The notes under the pieces are model-generated. The model saw nothing but the letters and a program-made list of their open reading frames with translations. It searched no databases and was not told the DNA's origin. Positions 27,897 through 35,781 of a stretch of 64,000 nucleotides of DNA are shown here, piece by piece. Origin of the DNA: an uncultured Holophagae bacterium (GTDB lineage: Bacteria > Acidobacteriota > Thermoanaerobaculia > Thermoanaerobaculales > Sulfomarinibacteraceae); NCBI GenBank assembly GCA_963797055.1, contig CAWCOD010000002.1, positions 491,598-555,597 of the forward strand. Reading direction: 5' to 3'. The translations under genes were made by a program, and so were the position numbers. Positions within the stretch are counted from its first letter, which is position 1. Every line of letters starts with the position of its first letter.

Positions 27897-29775
27897 CGGG
27901 GATCGTTACCTCGTGGAGGTTGGCCAACGTGCCGTCCACGGCGTTGAAGTTGAGCTGGACGATCTCGTCGCCCTTCATGCCGTAGGTCTTCTTAATGGCG
28001 TCCTTGATCTTGGCGATCGCCTCGTCCCGCGGCAGGATGCCGGAGATGGCGAAGAAACAGGTCTGCATGATGGTGTTGGTCCGCCGACCCATGCCCGTGT
28101 CGCGGGCGACCTGAGTGGCGTCGATGCAGTAGACCTTGAGTCCCTTCTCGATGATCGACTCCTGGACTTCGCGCGGAAACTCGTCCCAGATGGCGTCGGG
28201 GCCGTAGGGAGAGTTCACCAGGAAGGTCGCGCCGGGTTGGGCGAACTCGAGCATGTCGAGCTTCTCGACAAAGACCCACTGGTGGCACGCGACGAACTTC
28301 GCCTTCCGGATCAGGTAGGTGGAGCGGATCACGTCCGGCCCGAACCGGAGATGCGAAATGGTCACCGCGCCGGCCTTTTTTGAGTCGTAGACGAAGTAAC
28401 CCTGAGCAAAGTTGTCGGTCTCCTCGCCGATGATCTTGATGGAGTTCTTGTTGGCGCCCACCGTGCCGTCGGCGCCGAGTCCGAAGAACACACCGCGGAA
28501 AACGTCGTCCGAGGCGATGGTGAAATCGTCGTCCATCTCCAGCGACAGGTGGCTGACGTCGTCGACGATACCCACCGTGAAGTGGTTTTGGGGACGGTCA
28601 GCGGCCAAATTGTCGAAGATGGCCTTGATCATGCAGTCGTTGAACTCCTTGGACGACAGGCCGTAGCGACCGCCCACCACCACCGGGTCCGCCGCGAACG
28701 GGCTCGAGCCGTCGGCTCTGGCCTCGACCAGGGCCGTGACCACGTCCATGTAGAGGGGTTCGCCGATGGAACCGGGCTCCTTGGTACGGTCCATGACCGC
28801 GATCTTCTTGGTGGTCTTTGGCAGGGCGTCGATGAAGTGTTTGATCGAAAACGGCCGGTAGAGCCGGACCTTGAGCACTCCCACCTTCTCGCCGTGGGCG
28901 TTCATCCAATCGACCATCTCGTGGACGGCCTCGGCGCCCGAACCCATGATGATGACCACGTTCTCGGCCTCGGGGTCGCCCACGTAGTCGAAGAGCCTGT
29001 ACTGGCGGCCGACATGGGCGGCGAAGGCGTCCATAGCGTCGATGACGTGACCGGGGCAGGCGTCGTAGAAGCCGTTGATGGCCTCGCGCGCCTGGAAAAA
29101 GGTGTCGGGATTCTGAGCCGTGCCGCGGATCACCGGATGATCCGGAGATAGGGCGCGTTCACGGTGGGCGCGGACCAGATCGTCGTCGATCAGGTGCCGA
29201 AGGTCGTCATCCTCGAGGTACTCGATCTTGGACACCTCATGGGAGGTCCTGAAACCGTCGAAGAAGTGCAGGAAGGGGATTCGGCTGCTCAAACTCGCCA
29301 TTTGGGCGATGCAGGCGAGGTCGTGGGCCTCCTGCACCGAATTGGACGACAGCAGGGCCCAGCCGGTCTGACGGCAGGCGTTGATGTCCGAATGGTCGCC
29401 GAAAATGGACAGGGCGTGAGTCGCCAGAGTGCGAGCCGAAACGTGGAACACCGCGGAGGTGAGTTCGCCCGCGATCTTGTACATATTCGGGATCATGAGC
29501 AGCAGACCCTGCGACGCGGTGAAGGTCGTGGTCAAAGCTCCGGCCTGCAACGAGCCGTGCACCGCACCGGCGGCGCCTGCCTCCGATTGCATCTCGATCA
29601 CATCGGGGACCGTTCCCCATATGTTGGTTCTCCCCTGAGCGGACCACTCGTCGGCGAACTCACCCATATTTGACGACGGAGTGATGGGGTAGATTGCGCA
29701 GACATCATTTATCCGATGAGCGACGGACGAGGTGGCCTCGTTGCCGTCGATCATGACCATTCGTCTTTGTGCCAT
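27604..29775 (-). CDS. nifJ: Pyruvate:ferredoxin (flavodoxin) oxidoreductase NifJ, N-terminal part (split by frameshift)
   Basis: MAQRRMVMIDGNEATSSVAHRINDVCAIYPITPSS is a typical PFOR N-terminus. Homology ends near VTATKGQT (about 27875), and the rest of this ORF down to 27604 is out of frame. The two parts sum to about 1190 aa, the normal NifJ length. Confidence 0.9.
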   Translation of the reverse strand: MAQRRMVMIDGNEATSSVAHRINDVCAIYPITPSSNMGEFADEWSAQGRTNIWGTVPDVIEMQSEAGAAGAVHGSLQAGALTTTFTASQGLLLMIPNMYKIAGELTSAVFHVSARTLATHALSIFGDHSDINACRQTGWALLSSNSVQEAHDLACIAQMASLSSRIPFLHFFDGFRTSHEVSKIEYLEDDDLRHLIDDDLVRAHRERALSPDHPVIRGTAQNPDTFFQAREAINGFYDACPGHVIDAMDAFAAHVGRQYRLFDYVGDPEAENVVIIMGSGAEAVHEMVDWMNAHGEKVGVLKVRLYRPFSIKHFIDALPKTTKKIAVMDRTKEPGSIGEPLYMDVVTALVEARADGSSPFAADPVVVGGRYGLSSKEFNDCMIKAIFDNLAADRPQNHFTVGIVDDVSHLSLEMDDDFTIASDDVFRGVFFGLGADGTVGANKNSIKIIGEETDNFAQGYFVYDSKKAGAVTISHLRFGPDVIRSTYLIRKAKFVACHQWVFVEKLDMLEFAQPGATFLVNSPYGPDAIWDEFPREVQESIIEKGLKVYCIDATQVARDTGMGRRTNTIMQTCFFAISGILPRDEAIAKIKDAIKKTYGMKGDEIVQLNFNAVDGTLANLHEVTIPDAVTATKGQTAHRVGRGPRSGQEGHGLDDCRQGRSAAGQRLPTGRHVAHRHHSVGEAQHRHRHPGVGRGTLHPVQQVRAGLPPRRDPRQGLRSVTPG

Positions 29776-29811
29776 GAAAAACCTCCGGGGCGTGCATTCA
29801 CATGGGGACCC

Positions 29812-29830
29812 ACGTGAACGAATTCACAAC
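29812..29830. promoter_or_regulatory. Candidate Rex-type operator upstream of nifJ
   Basis: The palindrome GTGAA-CGAA-TTCACAA lies about 40-55 nt upstream of the nifJ start. It resembles the Rex consensus TTGTGAA-N4-TTCACAA. Confidence 0.3.
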
Positions 29831-29961
29831 GGGTAGCATACTCGCCGTGGAGGGACCTTGCAAGGAGGGTTTGGGCGAGATCCGATCTCGGACCAAGCGC
29901 CATTGTGCGGGTGATTCTCGGCTCTTGGGATATCGTGTTACGGACTCCGATTGCCGGGGTC

Positions 29962-30456
29962 CTATTTGTTGTCGAGTTCTTTCTCGGCTCGGCGCCGGCC
30001 AAGCCAGATGTTGATCGGATTGTCCCGCGAAAAGAACGAAACCACGGGTGGCCGGCGACGGCCGATATCGTTCAATATGCGGTGGATCCGACGGTTCTTC
30101 GGTTGGATCCTGAGGCCGGCCTTGAGGTGTTCGATGGCGCTGCCCCGGTCATTCCGCTCCAGATAGACCAACGCCAGGTTGGTGTGGTGGTTTGGATCCA
30201 TGAATTGGCTCTTGAGCGAAATGTTGCAGTACTTGGCGGCCTCGGCGTACCGCCTCTTGACCACGGCGACGCACACTCCGTAGTAGGACGAGGACTTGCT
30301 GAGCACCGGTTTATCGCTCACGTCATGGCTTGACAGCTGGGGCAGGCACTCCTCGAAGATCTCCATGGCTTCGGCGAAGCGGTCGTCCTTGGTCAATTCG
30401 ACCGCTTGGGCGACCTGCTCGTGGAGAAGGTACTTGTTTTCGGAGCTCTCAGTCAT
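29962..30456 (-). CDS. TPR-like helical repeat protein
   Basis: ORF 29962..30546; ATG 30456 (MTESSENKYLL) follows GGTGGAAAC. Helical repeat sequence (FAEAMEIFEECL, YAEAAKYCNISL, GSAIEHLKAGLRIQP). Locally lower GC. Confidence 0.6.
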   Translation of the reverse strand: MTESSENKYLLHEQVAQAVELTKDDRFAEAMEIFEECLPQLSSHDVSDKPVLSKSSSYYGVCVAVVKRRYAEAAKYCNISLKSQFMDPNHHTNLALVYLERNDRGSAIEHLKAGLRIQPKNRRIHRILNDIGRRRPPVVSFFSRDNPINIWLGRRRAEKELDNK

Positions 30457-30620
30457 GTTTCCACCAGTGTGGCCAGATTGTACCAGCGACATAGAATTCC
30501 TCCAACAGCTTGCTGTCGTGGCGGACCCTGCGCCCTGATCTGTCACTCATAAGGTGGTCTTCCAGGCGGAATTGGATACACCGCCTCAGCAGAGGAGGCT
30601 CTTTGGGGCCTTCGGCGGAT

Positions 30621-31445
30621 TCAGTTCGCGGCTTCCTTCCACGCCCGGCTATGGCGCTGTACGATCTCGAGAAGACCTCGCCTCACTCCGTCCGAACCGC
30701 TCAGCACGTTGCCCGTGGCGAGGTAATCGTCTCCCCCGTCCATATCGGAGATTGAGCCTCCGGCCTCTTCCACCAACACAGCACCCGCGGCAATGTCCCA
30801 CGGCGAAAGCTGAAACTCGAAGAAACCGTCGACGATGCCGCAGGCGGTGTAGGCCAGATCGAGGGCGGCCGCGCCAGGTCGTCGGATGGCCTTGCAGTCG
30901 AGGAACACGTCGCGGAAAATGGCCAGGTAGGGGTCGAGCATGCCATGCGCCTTGAATGGGAAACCGGTGGCGACCATCGCGCCCGAAAGAGATTCCCGGC
31001 TCGAGACGCGGCAGCGGACGCCGTTCCACCACGCGCCGATCCCCCGAGCCGCGCGAAACACGTCGCCCTTGACCGGATCAATGATCACCCCTGCTTGGAT
31101 CCGGTCCTCGGCGGTCACCGCCACCGAAACTGCGAAGTGGGGCATCCCATGAACGAAATTGGTCGTTCCGTCGAGAGGGTCCACGATCCAGGTGGGGTCG
31201 GAGCTGGTTCGGGCCGACCACCCGGTCTCTTCGGAGAGGATGTTGTGGCTGGGGAATCGGTGGCCGATGGCGGCCAGAATCGCCGACTCTGACGCCCGGT
31301 CCGCGACCGTCACAAGATCGTTGCGGGCCTTTTCCGAGACCTGATCTGAAGTCAGCCTGCGGAAATGGGGCATCAGCTGGTCGGCCCCAGCCTGGGCCAC
31401 CGCTTCCACCGCGACGAGCAACTCAGGAGTGGGATGGAATTCCAA
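30621..31445 (-). CDS. suhB: Inositol monophosphatase family protein (SuhB-like)
   Basis: 274-aa ORF with LSEETG, WIVDPLDGTTNFVHG and WDIAAG motifs. Confidence 0.9.
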   Translation of the reverse strand: MEFHPTPELLVAVEAVAQAGADQLMPHFRRLTSDQVSEKARNDLVTVADRASESAILAAIGHRFPSHNILSEETGWSARTSSDPTWIVDPLDGTTNFVHGMPHFAVSVAVTAEDRIQAGVIIDPVKGDVFRAARGIGAWWNGVRCRVSSRESLSGAMVATGFPFKAHGMLDPYLAIFRDVFLDCKAIRRPGAAALDLAYTACGIVDGFFEFQLSPWDIAAGAVLVEEAGGSISDMDGGDDYLATGNVLSGSDGVRRGLLEIVQRHSRAWKEAAN

Positions 31446-31485
31446 TATTCACCTCAATGTTCATCCTGTTGGAAGGAGCGGGTTT

Positions 31486-31749
31486 ATGGTGCGAATTTTT
31501 GACACCGCGGTTGCGGGATTCGACGAGCGATGCGTGCTCATGCTTGATGTCACCTGTCAGACCCTGCAATCTGATCCCGACCTCCGACTGTGTGAGGGAC
31601 TCCGACTGATCGAGGCCACCCGGACTGCGGTGGCACGACTCGCACCGGCGTCATTGGACGCCTTTGAGGAACAGGTTCTGCCGCAAATGCGGATGATCCT
31701 CCTGGAGAGATTCGGAGTCACCGAGCTGCCGGCCCAACCGATCAACTAG
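31486..31749 (+). CDS. Hypothetical small protein
   Basis: ORF 31429..31749; ATG 31486 lies 8 nt after GGAAGGAG. No recognisable domain. Confidence 0.5.
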   Translation: MVRIFDTAVAGFDERCVLMLDVTCQTLQSDPDLRLCEGLRLIEATRTAVARLAPASLDAFEEQVLPQMRMILLERFGVTELPAQPIN

Positions 31750-32191
31750 CCTCTGCCACCTCGGACCACTCGGGCAGCGAGTGCAGATCCTCCGGTGTCA
31801 GGTTCGCCTCCAACTCCACGATGACCTCATCGCCCTCCACCAGGACATATCCGGGGATGAGCGCGGTGCGGCGTTCCCCAACACCCGGTTGGACGCCTTG
31901 GAGATCGAGAGTTGCCCGTCGGGAAAGTTTTTCCATCCCGTCGGCACCCCGGACGACGACCAGCACGGTGAGCTGATTCAGCGGTTCCGTCCCCTGGTTC
32001 GCCACCTGGACGTCCACGATCAGCGTGGGATCTCCGGCGCCATCGATGCGGCTGGTGGCACCGGCGGGGAAGATCTCGTGCCGCGAACGAAGATAGGCGA
32101 GTCGCTGTTCGGGCGTCTCCTCTTCTCCGCAGGAGATCAAGAGGGGCGCCAGCATTCCGACCAGGACGAGGAGCATCGCGAGCCGTTTCAT
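31742..32191 (-). CDS. Lipoprotein of unknown function
   Basis: ORF 31742..32497. The upstream part is repeat sequence. ATG 32191 gives MKRLAMLLVLVGMLAPLLISCG, a signal peptide with a lipobox. Confidence 0.7.
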   Translation of the reverse strand: MKRLAMLLVLVGMLAPLLISCGEEETPEQRLAYLRSRHEIFPAGATSRIDGAGDPTLIVDVQVANQGTEPLNQLTVLVVVRGADGMEKLSRRATLDLQGVQPGVGERRTALIPGYVLVEGDEVIVELEANLTPEDLHSLPEWSEVAEAS

Positions 32192-32265
32192 AATTGCCTC
32201 CAGAGGGGGGAAGTGTAGCACCGTGGGGATCAGGGAGCAGGGGTCGGCCCCCTCCCTTTGCCCCC

Positions 32266-32307
32266 AAATTCGGAATTCGAAATTCGGAATTCGGCCCACC
32301 CGCCCGG
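32266..32307. repeat. 7-mer array (AATTCGG/AATTCGA) plus CCCACCCGCCCGG box
   Basis: AAATTCGGAATTCGAAATTCGGAATTCGG followed by CCCACCCGCCCGG. Confidence 0.9.
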
Positions 32308-32373
32308 ATTCTTCGACTCGCGGCCGCGCCGCTCGCTCAGAATGACAGGGGGTGGGATGAATCCAAATCGTGT

Positions 32374-33267
32374 ATGTTGCGGATCGTGTCAAGGACCACC
32401 CGACTCCTGCTGCTCGCGGCCTGTTTGCTGTGGGCGGTGTCGTTTGTTGCCACCAAGGTGGCCTTGGAGGTGGTTCCTCCGCTGACCGTCGTCTCACTCA
32501 GGCTGCTGATCGCCGCGACCTGTTTCCTGCCGCTGCTGCTGACCGGCGATCGCAGAAGGCAGCTGGCCAACCCTGTGATTCTGAAACAGCTCTTCGCGCT
32601 GAGCCTTTTCGGCGCAGGCCTCCACTACGCCATTCAGACCGTTGGTCTTCAGCTCACCACCGCCTCCAACGCGTCGCTCTACGTGGTTACCGGTCCCATC
32701 TCGATCCTCGTTCTGTCGGTTGTGATGCTGGGCGAGCGGCTCACCGTTCGAAAGGTGCTCGGTGTGGGCATCGCCATCGTGGGTGTATTGGTTGTCATGG
32801 GCATCGGGACCGTCACCGGTTTCGAACTTCGCGAACATGTCCTCGGCGATCTGATGGTGCTCACCAGTGTGGTCCTGTGGGGTTGTTTCACGGTCTTCGG
32901 CAAGAAGCTCACGGATCGACTCGGGGCATTGACGGTGATCGCCTCTGTGACCGTCATCGGAGCGATGTGGATGGCTCCGATCGGCTGGTTGGAGATGCGT
33001 TGGAAAGGATTCAACCTGGCGGCGGTTCATGACGAGGGTTGGATCGCGATCGGATTTCTCGGTGCCGGTTGCACCTTCTTCGCGACCCTCCTGTACTTCA
33101 TGGCTCTCGAGCGCACCGAATCCCAGAAAGTGGGTGTCTACCTGTATACGATCCCACCGATGACGGCTGTCTTCGCAGCGCTCATGCTCGGTGAACGCAT
33201 CACGATGAATCTGGTGTTGGGGTCGGTGCTTGTAGTGGCGGGCGTTTTTCTCACGGAACGCGGCTGA
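32374..33267 (+). CDS. EamA/DMT family transporter
   Basis: ORF 32194..33267; ATG 32374 (MLRIVSRTTRLLLLAACLLWAVSFVATK). About ten TM helices arranged as two EamA-like halves. Confidence 0.85.
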   Translation: MLRIVSRTTRLLLLAACLLWAVSFVATKVALEVVPPLTVVSLRLLIAATCFLPLLLTGDRRRQLANPVILKQLFALSLFGAGLHYAIQTVGLQLTTASNASLYVVTGPISILVLSVVMLGERLTVRKVLGVGIAIVGVLVVMGIGTVTGFELREHVLGDLMVLTSVVLWGCFTVFGKKLTDRLGALTVIASVTVIGAMWMAPIGWLEMRWKGFNLAAVHDEGWIAIGFLGAGCTFFATLLYFMALERTESQKVGVYLYTIPPMTAVFAALMLGERITMNLVLGSVLVVAGVFLTERG

Positions 33268-33329
33268 TCGAACCCCACGCTGTTCGGGTGCCGGCGGGAT
33301 TTTCAAATTTCCAATTTCGAATTCTCGTC

Positions 33330-33995
33330 CTACCCGTCAGCCGGACAAAATCTCTTCAGGATCCGACTGACGTAGTCCTGGGTCTCGCGATAGGGTGGAA
33401 TTCCGTCGTATCGTTCCACAGCCGCCGCGCCGGCGTTGTAGGCGGCCAGCGCGAGGGGCAGAGACTCGAAGCGGTCGAGCATGAGCCTGAGGTGGCTCGC
33501 GCCGCCCCGGAGATTCTCCGTGGGATCGAAGACATCTCGCACCCGGTGATCGGCCGCGGCGGAGGGCATCAGCTGGGTGAGGCCCATTGCTCCTGCGCGA
33601 GACACCGCGTTTGGATCGAAGGCCGATTCGGCTTGGACCAGGGTCGCCAGTAGCCACGGGTGGAGGTTGGCGGTCTTTGCGGCGTCTTCGATGGGCTCCT
33701 GGAACGGTACCCACTCGGGAAGCGGTTCGTCCGACCACCTCGGCGAACAATGGACCGACGGCACGGGTTCCGGAGGCGAGGCGACCTCGTCGGCGACGAC
33801 CCGGTCGATGCGGATGGCCGGAACGACCATCGTACCTCCGTCAACCAGGCGGAGTACGATACGGTCCTCGTCGAGAAAGGCGTCCTCCACTTTGAGGATG
33901 CGGCCGTCCACGAAGACCGCGATTTTCGCATCGGCCGAAAGAGCGGTGGACAATCCGATGACCAGGACGACGACAGTGATGAACAGGAATTTCAT
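33330..33995 (-). CDS. Lytic transglycosylase (SLT domain), secreted
   Basis: ORF 33330..34109; ATG 33995 gives signal peptide MKFLFITVVVLVIGLSTALSADA. SLT motif ESAFDPNAVSRAGAMGLTQLMPSAA. Confidence 0.88.
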   Translation of the reverse strand: MKFLFITVVVLVIGLSTALSADAKIAVFVDGRILKVEDAFLDEDRIVLRLVDGGTMVVPAIRIDRVVADEVASPPEPVPSVHCSPRWSDEPLPEWVPFQEPIEDAAKTANLHPWLLATLVQAESAFDPNAVSRAGAMGLTQLMPSAAADHRVRDVFDPTENLRGGASHLRLMLDRFESLPLALAAYNAGAAAVERYDGIPPYRETQDYVSRILKRFCPADG

Positions 33996-34067
33996 CGAGC
34001 GGGCAGCGGGCAGGAAGCAGGGGGCAGTCGGGGTTGGAGGTGCGGTCGGATTGAACCACCCTCTCCG

Positions 34068-34096
34068 CTCCCTGCTCCCTGCTCCCTGCTCCCTGG
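34068..34096. repeat. 7-mer array (CTCCCTG x4)
   Basis: GCTCCCTGCTCCCTGCTCCCTGCTCCCTGG, between the xerD stop and the SLT gene start. Its complement GGGAGCAGG recurs at 7670, 9720, 20450 and 32230. Confidence 0.85.
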
Positions 34097-34118
34097 CGAC
34101 ATCAAACATACCGTCCTC

Positions 34119-35012
34119 TCAAGCCCTGGGGTGTTTTTCATCGTACAGCCGCCGCAGGCGCTCGCGGGCGACGTGGGTGTAGATCTCAGTCGTCGTCAAC
34201 GAGGAATGACCCAACATCATCTGTACGGACCGTAGGTCGGCTCCGTGCTCCACCAGATGGGTCGCAAAGCTGTGCCGTACCACATGGGGACTCAACTGGG
34301 ACTGGATTCCGGCGGCCAACCCGTGGTTGCGGAGGATTTTCCAAAATCCTTGGCGAGTCAGCCTTTTGCCTCGGTGGTTGAGAAAGAGTTCCGGCACCCG
34401 GTGTCGATCCAACTCTGGACGCGCTCCCGCCAGGTATTTCTCGATCCAGGCCACGGCGCCACCGCCCAGAGGAACAAGCCGTTCCTTGCTGCCCTTGCCC
34501 AGCACTCTGACGAATCCCGGATCGAGGCGCACCCGGTCGATGGTCAGCCCCACCAGCTCCGAGACCCTGAGACCGGTGGCGTACAGGGTTTCCAACATGG
34601 CCCGGTCTCTCATGCCCAGCGGCGTGTCGGTGTCGGGTGCGGCGAGCAGGCTGTCGATCTCGTCGGGCGTGAGGGCGTGGGGAACGGTGCGCCACAAGCT
34701 CGGCGACGAAAGATCGCTGGTGGGGTCGATGGCCAGGACTCCGGTGCGTACCAGGTACTTGTGGAAGCCCCGGATGGAGGACAGGGCGCGGGCCGATGAC
34801 CGGGCCGACAGACCTGCGTCACGCCGCGATCCGAGATAGCCACGAAGGGCCGCTCGGTCCACGGAATCGACGGCGAGTTTTTCGTCGGCCAGCCAAGCTG
34901 TGTATTGACGAATATCCCGGGCGTAGGATTCAACGGTCCTCGGACTCAAGTTCCGCTCCAACGCCAAGTGGGCGATGTAGTCCGCGAGGTGGTCGTCGAT
35001 GGTGGGTGCCAC
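34119..35012 (-). CDS. xerD: Site-specific tyrosine recombinase XerD
   Basis: ORF 34119..35129; GTG 35012 avoids the repeat-derived 5' part. MLETLYATGLRVSELVGL, GKGSKERLVPLG, HVVRHSFATHL and LGHSSLTTTEIYTHVARERLRRLYDEKHPRA match XerD closely. Confidence 0.9.
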   Translation of the reverse strand: MAPTIDDHLADYIAHLALERNLSPRTVESYARDIRQYTAWLADEKLAVDSVDRAALRGYLGSRRDAGLSARSSARALSSIRGFHKYLVRTGVLAIDPTSDLSSPSLWRTVPHALTPDEIDSLLAAPDTDTPLGMRDRAMLETLYATGLRVSELVGLTIDRVRLDPGFVRVLGKGSKERLVPLGGGAVAWIEKYLAGARPELDRHRVPELFLNHRGKRLTRQGFWKILRNHGLAAGIQSQLSPHVVRHSFATHLVEHGADLRSVQMMLGHSSLTTTEIYTHVARERLRRLYDEKHPRA

Positions 35013-35043
35013 GGGTCTATGGTAACCGCCGCCCGCCCGGTGT

Positions 35044-35137
35044 GGAACGGTTGAACGTTCAACGTTCTCCTCCGCCCACCCGCCCAATTGCAGATTGCAG
35101 ATTGAAAATTGCAGATTCCGTCCCCCCACCCGCCCGG
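35044..35137. repeat. Composite: GAACGTT array / CCGCCCACCCGCCC / ATTGCAG array / CCCCCCACCCGCCCGG
   Basis: Two different 7-mer arrays, each followed by a C-tract box, immediately upstream of xerD. Confidence 0.9.
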
Positions 35138-35242
35138 AGGGAGAGGTCGCGATGATCGGACGTGCCGTCCTCGAGAGTCAAAAGTCGAAATTCGAAAGTC
35201 CCCGCCCTCCCACCCGAGGAGTGGGCGCAACGGGCGGGCGTG

Positions 35243-35317
35243 CCGGGTATAACGTTGTGCGGCCAAATGCCCTCGAGCGGTCATCAATCGTCAGGGCCGC
35301 ACAACGTTAATACCGGG
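35243..35317. repeat. Hairpin element family E, copy 2
   Basis: CCGGGTATAACGTTGTGCGGCC, about a 30-nt loop, then GGCCGCACAACGTTAATACCGGG. Same architecture as copy 1, with both arms changed together. Confidence 0.8.
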
Positions 35318-35369
35318 CAACCTCGGGGAGCGCGCTGGGAGAATCGGCGCGATCAATCGAGGCAAAAAG

Positions 35370-35545
35370 GCAGCCGAGACGGTTGCTCCACAATGTTCTC
35401 TTCGTTGGGTTCGATATACCGATTTCACCGCGCCGATTCTCCGGCCGCGCTTCCCGTGAGGATGCCAGGCACGCCGATTCGCTCCAGCGGGCCGAATCGG
35501 TTTGTCGACCTCGGCGAATCGGGATGCCAGGCACCTCCGAGGAAT
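35370..35545 (-). repeat. Dispersed repeat family B, copy 6 (inverted, long form)
   Basis: Reverse complement of the 9738..9925 architecture, including the extension. Confidence 0.85.
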
Positions 35546-35781
35546 GACTTTCTCCCAACGCGCTCCTCGGGGGGGCGGGTGAGTTTCGAAACTCGAAATT
35601 CGAAATCAACACCTGGGTCCGTAAAAGCGTATAGCTTATAGCCCGGGTGGGTGAGGAAGCGAGTCCGAGCCCCGAATCCCGAGCCCCGATCGGAGTATCA
35701 GCGGACGGAAGAGTCGGAACCCATTGTCCGGGCGGAAGCATCGCCCCCTGAATTTGGTTTGCCCAGGAGGGAGAGCAACGA

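Noticed and set aside
33330-35012. xerD plus the lytic transglycosylase as the edge of an integrative element or prophage.
   Set aside because: The recombinase matches housekeeping XerD end to end. There are no att-like direct repeats flanking unique DNA, no tRNA, and no phage or conjugation genes nearby.
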